DNA of 15,966 nucleotides from a virus (Duplodnaviria; Heunggongvirae; Uroviricota; Caudoviricetes): IMG/VR virus record IMGVR_UViG_2872185964_000002; one strand, 5' to 3'. Shown piece by piece: positions 1 to 7,975 of this stretch (position 1 is its first letter; each line of letters starts with the position of its first letter). The notes under the pieces were generated by a model. It saw only the letters and a program-made list of their open reading frames with translations, ran no database searches and was not told where the DNA came from. The position numbers and the translations under genes were made by a program.

Positions 1-662
<662 letters not shown>

Positions 663-778
663 GTTGGCAAAAGCCGAATCTCCGCTGGCTGTTAGCTTGT
701 ATGACTATATTAATGATGCTTCGGCACTGGCCTGCCTCATAAATTTGTCGCTGAACCCTTCAGAGGTAAGGGGCGCAA

Positions 779-1003
779 ATGATCCGGAATATTTTCAAAC
801 GGTTTACCAATCAGACTTTCCGTTGTCCTCGTCCGGGTCAGTGGTACACCACGCCTGCAGGGCATGTTCTACGTGTTAGCCTGGTTGACCGTGAATGTCA
901 GAAGGTGATTTGTGAACCGCTGGGCCGTAATTACCGCATCAGTATGCCGCTTATAGCCTTTCGCTCCGGAAAAAACATGAAGCATCTCGGAGGTGCTGCA
1001 TGA
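779..1003 (+). CDS. hypothetical small phage protein (74 aa), translationally coupled to the replication gene
   Basis: ATG 779 preceded by aagggg; stop overlaps the downstream ATG (ATGA at 1000-1003). Function not recognised. Confidence 0.4.
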   Translation: MIRNIFKRFTNQTFRCPRPGQWYTTPAGHVLRVSLVDRECQKVICEPLGRNYRISMPLIAFRSGKNMKHLGGAA

Positions 1004-1261
1004 GTATGGAGCTGATGGTTAAAGCGATGAAAATTCGAGTGGGAAATCCATTGCGAAAACTGGTTCTGATTAAGCTGGCTGATAATGCCAGCGATCAGGG
1101 TGAGTGCTGGCCCAGCTACCAGCATATTGCTGACCAGTGCGAGATTAGCAAACGTTCTGTGATGAATCATATTGCGGCCCTTTGTGAGTCCGGGCTGGTA
1201 AAAAAAGTCACCCGGAAAGGTGAAAAAGGTAACTCAAGTAATATCTATCTCCTTCATCTTG

Positions 1262-1370
1262 ATGGTGCAGGAGATTCACTAGGGGTAGTGCAAATAATTC
1301 ACTATCTGGTGCAGCAAATGCACCAGGTAGTGCAGGAGTTGCACCAAGGGGTAGTGCAGGAGATTCACCC
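1262..1370 (+). repeat. five direct 19-21 bp iteron-like repeats (consensus about GGTAGTGCAGGAGATTCAC) inside the replication gene; candidate origin
   Basis: GTGCA cores at 1265, 1289, 1309, 1330, 1354 (spacing 20-24 bp); the arrangement parallels the iterons inside lambda O. Confidence 0.55.
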
Positions 1371-1371
1371 A

Positions 1372-1419
1372 GAACCAGTCACTCTTTTGAACCAGTCAAA
1401 GAACCAGTCAATGAACCAA
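1372..1419 (+). repeat. three and a half tandem copies of GAACCAGTCA (12-17 bp spacing) just downstream of the iterons
   Basis: GAACCAGTCA at 1372, 1389, 1401 and GAACCAA at 1413; encodes the EPVx linker repeat. Confidence 0.5.
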
Positions 1420-1818
1420 TAGCTGTTGGTGCATCAGTTGATGAGTCCGTGCGAGTTCGTTCAAACCGACCGGAATACTCTCCGGAGTTTGAGCAGGCAT
1501 GGCTGGCATATCCCAAACGTGCTGGTGGCAATTCAAAATCTGCAGCCTTCAAAGCCTGGAAAGCCCGTTTGAACGAGGGGGTAAACCCCGAAACCATGCT
1601 GGAAGGTGTGAAACGCTACGCGGGCTGGGTATCTGCGATGGGCAATAGCGGCACACAATTTGTGAAACAGGCTGTCACGTTCTTTGGTCCAGATCGTCAT
1701 TTCGAAGAATCCTGGGAAGTTCCTGCGGTATCTGCAGCCAGACGCGAGGACCCGTACTTCAAAGCCAGTTACGACAACGTGGACTACAGCCAGATCCCGG
1801 CAGGATTCAGGGGGGATT

Positions 1819-2313
1819 ATGAGTCTTTTGAATGAAGTTCAGAAATTCATTGAAGCCCATCCGGGGTGTACTTCCGGAGACATTGCGGATGCTTTTGCAG
1901 GTTACTCACGGCAGTGCGTTCTGCAGTCAGCAAGCAAATTACGTCAGAGTGGTCGTGTGGCTCACCGTTGTGAAGGGGATACACGCAGACATTTCCCGCG
2001 CCTGACTGAGAGAGCGCAGGAGGCGGAACCGCAACCAGTTCGTGAAACCAGACCTGTGCGCAATTTCTATGTCGGCACTAACGACCCGCGGGAGATTTTG
2101 TGCCTGACCCGCCAGGCGGAAGAACTGGAGTCCAGGGGCTTATACCGTCGTGCTGCAACGGTGTGGATGGCGGCATTCCGTGAAAGCCACTCCCAGCCAG
2201 AACGAAACAATTTTCTGGCGCGTCGTGAGCAGTGTTTACGGAAAAGCAGTAAGCGCGCTGTATCGGGTGATGAGTGGTATCTGTCAGGGAATTACGTGGG
2301 GCTTAATGAGTAA
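1819..2313 (+). CDS. hypothetical phage protein with PerC-like C-terminal motif (about 164 aa)
   Basis: ATG 1819 inside longer ORF 1684..2313, overlapping the upstream stop; C-terminal AEELESRGLYRRAATVW resembles the PerC-family signature as I recall it. Tentative. Confidence 0.4.
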   Translation: MSLLNEVQKFIEAHPGCTSGDIADAFAGYSRQCVLQSASKLRQSGRVAHRCEGDTRRHFPRLTERAQEAEPQPVRETRPVRNFYVGTNDPREILCLTRQAEELESRGLYRRAATVWMAAFRESHSQPERNNFLARREQCLRKSSKRAVSGDEWYLSGNYVGLNE

Positions 2314-2958
2314 TAAATATTGCCAGGCGCTGGTGGAACTGCGGAACAAACCAGCCCATGAACTGAAGGAAGTGGGCGATCAGTGGCGCACGCCGGACAA
2401 CATTTTCTGGGGAATTAACACCTTGTTTGGTCCGTTTGTTCTGGATCTGTTCACTGACGGTGATAACGCCAAATGTGCCGCGTATTACACGGCGGAAGAC
2501 AACGCGCTGGCGCATGACTGGTCAGAACGTCTTGCGGAGCTTAAAGGTGCTGCCTTTGGCAATCCCCGTACAGCCGCGCCAGTCAGCATGAGGGGCAATA
2601 CATCATCGGCATGCGTTACATCATGAAGCATGCCAGTGCCATGCGTGATAAAGGCGGGCGCTATGTTTTCCTGATCAAAGCTGCCACCAGCGAAGTGTGG
2701 TGGCCGGAAGATGCAGATCATATTGCTTTTATTCGCGGGCGTATTGGTTTTGAACTGCCTGCCTGGTTTATCCCGAAAGACGAAAAGCAGGTGCCAACAG
2801 GTGCTTTCTTCGCTGGTGCTATTGCTGTTTTCGACAAGACCTGGAAGGGACCGGCAATCAGCTACATCGGGCGCGATGAACTTGAGGCATGTGGTGAGGC
2901 ATTTCTGGCGCAGGTTCGCCAGCAGGCGGAAAAACTGGTCAGGGAGATGGTGGCATGA
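2306..2958 (+). pseudogene. phage Dam-family DNA N6-adenine methyltransferase, frameshifted at C-run 2564-2567
   Basis: N-part in ORF 2150..2626 (WRTPDNIFWGINTLFGPFVLDLFTDGDNAKCAAYYT), C-part in ORF 2611..2958 (RYIMKHASAMRDKGGRYVFLIKAATSEVWWPED); one extra C gives GNPPYS and restores the frame. Confidence 0.7.
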
Positions 2959-3342
2959 AGCTAATACTGCCTTTTCCGCCCAGCGTGAACACGTACTGGC
3001 GACACCCCAACAAAGGGGCGTTTGCTGGTAAGAGCCTGATAAGCGCGGCGGGCGAAAATTCCAGAGCGCGGCGTGCGCAGCAATAGTTGAGCAGTTACGT
3101 CGTCTGCCGAAACCAACGTCGGCACCTGCTTCAGTGGAGATCGTGTTGTTTCCTCCGGATAACCGGATCCGCGATCTGGACAACTATAACAAGGCGCTGT
3201 TTGACGCCCTGACCCACGCGGGTGTGTGGGAAGACGACAGTCAGGTGAAAAGAATGCTGGTGGAGTGGGGACCGGTTATCCGAAAGGGAAGGTCGAGATC
3301 ACTATCAGTAAGTACGAGAAAACGGCGGGTGCAGCCGCCTGA
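2955..3342 (+). pseudogene. rusA: RusA-family Holliday junction resolvase with two apparent 1-bp deletions (A-run 3055-3058, CC 3280-3281)
   Basis: MKLILPFPPSVNTYWRHP start, then VEIVLFPPDNRIRDLDNYNKALFDALTHAGVWEDDSQV in a second frame and KGKVEITISKYEKTAGAAA-stop in a third; RusA motifs recognised from memory. Confidence 0.7.
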
Positions 3343-3361
3343 TCAAGAGGAGAAACGAAGT

Positions 3362-4169
3362 ATGAATAATCTGATGGTCATTGATGGTATTGAAGTTCGT
3401 CGTGATGCTTATGGGCGTTACAGCCTGAACGATCTGCATCGCGCAGCAGTAGCATCTGGTGCAAATGCCAGAACCAAGGAGCCGGGAAAGTTTATTTCCA
3501 GCCAACAAACTGTTGAGCTTGTTCATGAATTGACCAACACCCAGAATTTGGGTGTTGACCCGGTGAGTATGATTCATGGGGAAATGAACGGGAACGTATG
3601 TCTGCAAGGAACTGGTGTATGCCTATGCAATGTGGATCAGCCCGTCATTCCATCTGAAGGTGATCCGTACTTTCGACATGGTAACCAGCGCACCGGAAAA
3701 ATTATCCGGACAGGCTGCTGACAAGATGCAGGCTGGTGTGATTCTGCTGGACTTTATGCGCCGGGAATTAAACCTGTCTAACTCTTCAGTGCTTGGTGCC
3801 TGTCAGAAACTCCAGGAGGCTGTTGGCTTACCGAATCTGGCACCGCGCTATGCCATTGATGCTCCTGCTGACGCGCCTGATGGCTCAAGTCGCCCCACGC
3901 TGTCGCTGAGTGCACTGCTGAAACAGTATGGTATCCGCCTTACGGCTAATCAGGCATATCACCAGATGGTGAAGCTGGGGATCGTCGAGCAGCGCGAACG
4001 ATACAGCCGTACCGCGATTAACAACATCAAAAAATTCTGGTCGCTGACAGCGAAAGGCTGCATGTTCGGCAAGAACATCACCTGTCCTGCAAATCCGCGC
4101 GAGACGCAGCCGCATTTCTTCGAATCCCGATTCCCTGAGCTGTTAAAGCTGCTCGATACCGTTCATTGA
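3362..4169 (+). pseudogene. KilA-N domain phage protein, apparent 1-bp insertion in G-run 3590-3592
   Basis: aggag RBS before ATG 3362; N-part in frame 2 (MNNLMVIDGIEVRRDAYGRYSLNDLHRAA), continuation in frame 0 ([25 protein letters not shown]...) to stop 4169. Confidence 0.6.
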
Positions 4170-4170
4170 G

Positions 4171-5166
4171 GTGACCGTGAGAGCACTACTGACCCCTGAA
4201 ATTGCCCCGCGTATGGGGATCGTATTGTTCAGACCAGGTTCAGAGCTGATGCCCCTGTTTATGCAGGGGCGTGTCCTGCTGGAGCCTGAGCCGGAGCGTT
4301 ATTCATCTTTCGCCAGTGGTGCCGTTCCGGCGGCATCACAACCGCTGGCGGATGATCCTGCCGTTCGGGCCGTGTTCCGCAATGAGGAAGTGATCCGTCG
4401 TGCTGGTGGCGTGGAATGTCTTGAAAGCTGGTTACTTCGTGAAAAAGGCTGCCAGTGGCCTCATTCCGACTGGCACAGCGAGAACATGACCACAATGCGA
4501 CACGCTCCGGGTGCAATCCGTCTGTGCTGGCACTGCGATAATCAGCTGCGCGATCAGTTCACGGAACGGCTGGAATCAATGGCAACGGATAACTGTGCCC
4601 GCTGGGTGTTGTCTGTTGTGCGTCGGGATCTCGGTTTTGATGACAGTCACGTTGTGACAATGCCGGAACTGTGCTGGTGGCTGATTCGTAATGATCTGGC
4701 GGATGCCTTACCGGAAAGTGCAGCCCGTAAGGCACTGAGATTACCGAAGCCTGTTGTGCCGACTGTTACCCGGGAAAGTGACCTTGTGCCTTCGGTTCCT
4801 GCCACCAGCATCATCCAGGATAAGGCGAAAAAGGTGCTGGCGCTGAAAGTGGATCCGGAGTCGCCGGAGTCTTTTATGTTACGCCCAAAACGTCGCCGCT
4901 GGGTTAATGAAAAGTACACGCGCTGGGTTAAGACACAGCCGTGTGCATGTTGTGGAAAGCCCGCTGATGATCCCCACCACCTGATAGGTCACGGTCAGGG
5001 TGGAATGGGAACAAAAGCGCATGACCTTTTTGTGTTGCCTTTGTGCAGAAAACACCATGACGAACTGCATGCGGATACCGTGGCATTTGAAGAGAAGTAT
5101 GGCTCCCAACTGGAGCTGATATTTCGTTTTATCGATCGCGCGCTGGCGATTGGTGTGCTGTCCTGA
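4171..5166 (+). CDS. DUF968-family phage protein with C-terminal HNH-like Cys/His motif (start may be GTG 4177)
   Basis: 331-aa single ORF; C-terminus CACCGKPADDPHHLIGHGQGG...CRKHHDELH; sits between nin-region genes and Q as ydfU-like genes do. Confidence 0.7.
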   Translation: MTVRALLTPEIAPRMGIVLFRPGSELMPLFMQGRVLLEPEPERYSSFASGAVPAASQPLADDPAVRAVFRNEEVIRRAGGVECLESWLLREKGCQWPHSDWHSENMTTMRHAPGAIRLCWHCDNQLRDQFTERLESMATDNCARWVLSVVRRDLGFDDSHVVTMPELCWWLIRNDLADALPESAARKALRLPKPVVPTVTRESDLVPSVPATSIIQDKAKKVLALKVDPESPESFMLRPKRRRWVNEKYTRWVKTQPCACCGKPADDPHHLIGHGQGGMGTKAHDLFVLPLCRKHHDELHADTVAFEEKYGSQLELIFRFIDRALAIGVLS

Positions 5167-5183
5167 TTTTGTGGAGAAAGTTG

Positions 5184-5527
5184 ATGCGTGATATTCAGAT
5201 GGTTCTTGAACGCTGGGGGCATGGGCTGCAAGTGGTAACACCGGGGTGGACTATTCTCCGATCGCTGCCGGATTCAAAGGACTTTTACCATCTGCCACTA
5301 AACCACGTCCGGCCTGCTGCGATGATGACGGACTTATCATTGAAAACTGTCTTGCTCGTCTGAAGCAGAAAAAACCTGAGGAGTATTCGCTTCTCATTGC
5401 TCATTATTTGTTGCGAATATCAAAAAGACAGATAGCCAGGACGAGAAAGAAAAGCGAAAAAGCAATACGAATTGAGATGCAGATAGCCGAAGGGTTTATT
5501 GACGGATGTTTGTCTGTGCTGGGGTAA
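5184..5527 (+). pseudogene. Q: late antiterminator Q (phage 82/Stx-phage type), apparent 1-bp deletion in G-run 5243-5246
   Basis: ggagaaag RBS, MRDIQMVLERWG start; continues in ORF 5246..5527 (DYSPIAAGFKGLLP...CCDDDG...AEGFIDGCLSVLG) after a -1 shift; one extra G restores TPGVDYSP. Confidence 0.7.
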
Positions 5528-5530
5528 GAC
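5499..5530 (+). promoter_or_regulatory. candidate late promoter PR' / Q-utilisation region overlapping the end of Q
   Basis: TTGACG at 5499-5504 with possible -10 GGTAAG/TAAGAC 17-20 bp downstream; position relative to Q and the downstream terminator matches lambdoid PR'-tR'. Weak. Confidence 0.3.
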
Positions 5531-5633
5531 TGGAGATGGACGACTGGCTGCTAAAAAAGTAAAAAATGATTAGTGCGGTCCGCAAAAAGTATGTCAGTAT
5601 GTTAAGAGTGGTTACTTCGCCACACAGCTTAAA

Positions 5634-5655
5634 CCCGCCGCGAGCGGGTTTTTTT
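5634..5655 (+). terminator. rho-independent terminator (tR'-like)
   Basis: Hairpin CCCGC-cgcga-GCGGG followed by T7 run. Confidence 0.55.
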
Positions 5656-5777
5656 ATGGCTGAAATCGGTCCAGTACAGTAAACGTGCTGGTGGCGGTGA
5701 ATACCTGTCTTTCAGCTTGCTGGCTTTTTCGACAAGAGTTATTGGTGTGTCACGTTAACCGGAAAAGGGAAAAAGAC

Positions 5778-5975
5778 ATGCTGAAACAGCAGGATATGAC
5801 AGAAACCGCCAGAGTGGTGTTTAATGAATTAAGCGTCACCGAACCGGCGACAGTCGGGGAGATTGCGCAGAATACTTACCTTTCACGCGAACGCTGTCAG
5901 TTAATACTGACCCAACTTGTTATGGCGGGTCTGGCAGACTATCAGTTCGGTTGTTACAGACGCCTTCAGTCCTGA
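5778..5975 (+). CDS. small hypothetical protein (66 aa), possibly winged-helix
   Basis: ATG 5778 with aaaggga RBS inside track ORF 5685..5975; the earlier in-frame portion looks non-coding. Confidence 0.4.
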   Translation: MLKQQDMTETARVVFNELSVTEPATVGEIAQNTYLSRERCQLILTQLVMAGLADYQFGCYRRLQS

Positions 5976-5986
5976 AGGCTTTTTTA
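5962..5986 (+). terminator. putative intrinsic terminator overlapping the stop of the small ORF
   Basis: GCCTTCAG/CTGAAGGC stem followed by TTTTTTATTT. Confidence 0.4.
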
Positions 5987-6002
5987 TTTGTGGTAAATGG
6001 GC

Positions 6003-6033
6003 GGCTGGTGGGTGTTAGGGGCACCCACCAGCC
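6003..6033 (+). promoter_or_regulatory. perfect 12-bp stem-loop (GGCTGGTGGGTG-ttagggg-CACCCACCAGCC) upstream of the methyltransferase gene; function unknown
   Basis: Exact reverse-complement arms with a 7-nt loop; no T-tract follows. Confidence 0.4.
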
Positions 6034-6125
6034 ATCTGCTCATGCGTTGGGTTCACAAGCAAACCTCAGGCCCACTGCTTTGCGCAAAAGCAGAATGAGC
6101 CTATCAGAGACAGGTTTAATGATCC

Positions 6126-7175
6126 ATGCTTAATACTGTAAAAATATCCAGTTGTGAGTTAATCAACGCCGACTGCCTGGAATTTATCCGGTCGTTACCC
6201 GAAAATTCTGTTGACCTGATAGTCACGGACCCGCCGTACTTTAAAGTGAAGCCTGAGGGCTGGGATAACCAGTGGAAGGGCGACGATGATTACCTGAAGT
6301 GGCTGGACCAGTGTCTGGCGCAGTTCTGGCGGGTGCTGAAACCTGCCGGAAGTCTTTACCTGTTCTGTGGTCATCGCCTGGCATCTGATATCGAAATCAT
6401 GATGCGTGAACGCTTCAGTGTGCTGAACCATATTATCTGGGCGAAGCCGTCCGGACGCTGGAACGGATGCAACAAGGAAAGCCTGCGGGCGTATTTCCCC
6501 GCCACAGAGCGCATTCTGTTCGCGGAACATTATCAGGGGCCGTATCGTCCGAAAGATGCCGGGTATGCGGCGAAGGGCAGGGTACTGAAACAGCATGTGA
6601 TGGCCCCGCTGATTGCTTACTTTCGTGATGCGCGAGCTGCCCTGGGGATAACGGCAAAACAGATTGCAGATGCCACAGGAAAGAAAAACATGGTGTCGCA
6701 CTGGTTCAGTGCCAGTCAGTGGCAGCTACCGAACGAAAGCGATTATCTGAAATTACAGTCGCTGTTTGCCCGGGTGGCAGAAGAGAAACATCAGCGGAGA
6801 GAACTGGAAAAGTCCCATTACCAACTGGTCAGCACATACAGTGAGCTGAGCCGGCAGTATATGGAACTGCTGAGTGAATATAAAAATTTGCGGAGGTATT
6901 TCGGTGTGACGGTGCAGGTGCCGTACACCGATGTGTGGACGTATAAACCGGTGCAGTACTATCCAGGGAAACATCCGTGCGAAAAACCGGCAGAAATGTT
7001 GCAGCAGATAATCAACGCGAGCAGTCGTCCGGGAGACCAGGTTGCAGATTTTTTTATGGGCTCAGGTTCAACGGTAAAAGCGGCACTGGCGCTCGGGCGT
7101 CGTGCGATTGGCGTTGAACTGGAGACCGGACGTTTTGAGCAGACAGTCAGGGAAGTTCAGGATTTAATCGTTTGA
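6126..7175 (+). CDS. beta-class DNA methyltransferase (N6-adenine or N4-cytosine, DPPY family), apparently intact
   Basis: 349-aa single ORF; DPPY (motif IV) near the N-terminus and FxGxG (DFFMGSGST, motif I) near the C-terminus; central coiled-coil-like insert. Confidence 0.8.
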   Translation: MLNTVKISSCELINADCLEFIRSLPENSVDLIVTDPPYFKVKPEGWDNQWKGDDDYLKWLDQCLAQFWRVLKPAGSLYLFCGHRLASDIEIMMRERFSVLNHIIWAKPSGRWNGCNKESLRAYFPATERILFAEHYQGPYRPKDAGYAAKGRVLKQHVMAPLIAYFRDARAALGITAKQIADATGKKNMVSHWFSASQWQLPNESDYLKLQSLFARVAEEKHQRRELEKSHYQLVSTYSELSRQYMELLSEYKNLRRYFGVTVQVPYTDVWTYKPVQYYPGKHPCEKPAEMLQQIINASSRPGDQVADFFMGSGSTVKAALALGRRAIGVELETGRFEQTVREVQDLIV

Positions 7176-7224
7176 AACGGATGAGATTGCAGAATTAATT
7201 ACGCACCATTATTATTCTGCTCCC

Positions 7225-7300
7225 GGCCCTTTAGCTCAGTGGTGAGAGCGAGCGACTCATAATCGCCAGGTCGCTGGTTCAAATCCAGCAAGGGCCACCA
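7225..7300 (+). tRNA. ileZ: tRNA-Ile2 (anticodon CAU; ileX/ileZ-like), CCA encoded
   Basis: 76-nt cloverleaf, acceptor GGCCCTT/AAGGGCC, anticodon loop CTCATAA, T-loop GGTTCAAATCC; closely resembles E. coli ileX as recalled. Confidence 0.85.
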
Positions 7301-7307
7301 TCACATA

Positions 7308-7381
7308 CCGCCATTAGCTCATCAGGAAAGAGCGCCAGCCTTCGAAGCTGGTTGCGCGGAGTTCGGGTCCCCGAAGGCGGT
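7308..7381 (+). tRNA. argN: tRNA-Arg (anticodon UCG; argN-like), no encoded CCA, two non-canonical stem pairs
   Basis: Anticodon stem-loop CCAGC-cTTCGaa-GCTGG, T-loop TTCGGGT; acceptor and T stems each have one mismatch, so boundaries are approximate. Confidence 0.6.
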
Positions 7382-7397
7382 TCATTATCTGTATCCT

Positions 7398-7474
7398 GCG
7401 TTGTTAGCTCAGCCGGACAGAGCAATTGCCTTCTAAGCAATCGGTCACTGGTTCGAATACAGTAGAACGCGCCA
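7398..7474 (+). tRNA. argO: tRNA-Arg (anticodon UCU; argO-like), CCA encoded
   Basis: Acceptor GCGTTGT/AGAACGC (one G-G mismatch), D-arm TAGCTCAGCCGGACAGAGC, anticodon loop CTTCTAA, T-loop GGTTCGAAT. Confidence 0.75.
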
Positions 7475-7489
7475 CACTTATTTTCCCTG

Positions 7490-7513
7490 GCTCGCTTTTG
7501 CGGGCTTTTTTTT
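7490..7513 (+). terminator. rho-independent terminator after the tRNA cluster
   Basis: GCTCGC-tttt-GCGGGC hairpin (one G-U pair) followed by T8. Confidence 0.5.
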
Positions 7514-7975
7514 AAATGTCTCACAATTCAGGCGGTTGACTGTTGTCTGGTTTGCGGGGAGTTTGTAAAAAGAAACTGGCATGGTGAATCCCCCTGTGCG
7601 GAGGGCAATCAGCAACTGGTGTTTTGTCCCGACCCTTATCCTTTCTGTGCGGGTTCAGGTGCTGATACTGAACTCACCGGGAGGCACCCGGCACCATGCA
7701 ATGGCACATAGCGCCACTCTCCAGCCCCTCTCCGGAGGGGCTTTCTTATGGACAAAAAAATCCCGCGCTGGGAGACGCGGGCGGCAAGGAATAAACAACA
7801 AAACGTGAAGTAATATTTCAGCTGGCGAATAATATCCGACAGTAATCACTCTGCGCAATAGCGCGGCCTTTTTCATATTGCGGGCTGTTGTCTATCTTCT
7901 GCCATTGTCCTGTAACTTCCGGACTTCAGCCCGCTCCTCATTTTACTCACAATATTATCCAGGCCGGGAGGATTC

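Larger units (their letters stand above)
1000..1835 (+). pseudogene. phage replication initiator (lambda O-like; N-terminal HTH, repeat linker, C-terminal domain) with apparent +/-1 frameshift at T-run 1385-1388
   Basis: Frame-1 ORF 1000..1422 (HTH-like N-terminus) and frame-0 ORF 1449..1835 are both open across 1263-1420. The peptide repeat EPVT/EPVK/EPVN/EPIA encoded by the GAACCAGTCA repeats is in frame only if one T is added in 1385-1388. Confidence 0.6.

Noticed and set aside
664-1170. ORFs 664..879 (+) and 931..1170 (-) as genes
   Set aside because: 664..879 starts in the IS terminal region without RBS and overlaps the better-supported ORF 779..1003; 931..1170 is antisense to the replication gene start.
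2485-3183. 232-aa minus-strand ORF overlapping the Dam and rusA genes
   Set aside because: Antisense to two recognisable plus-strand genes, no RBS and no recognisable protein features; spurious.
6195-6701. 168-aa minus-strand ORF inside the methyltransferase gene
   Set aside because: Antisense to an intact, well-supported methyltransferase ORF.
7279-7524. 81-aa minus-strand ORF across the tRNA cluster
   Set aside because: Overlaps three tRNA genes and the terminator; not coding.
7514-7975. Searched for stxA/stxB remnants downstream of the tRNAs
   Set aside because: No reading frame with Shiga-toxin A- or B-subunit features in any frame; region treated as an empty locus.
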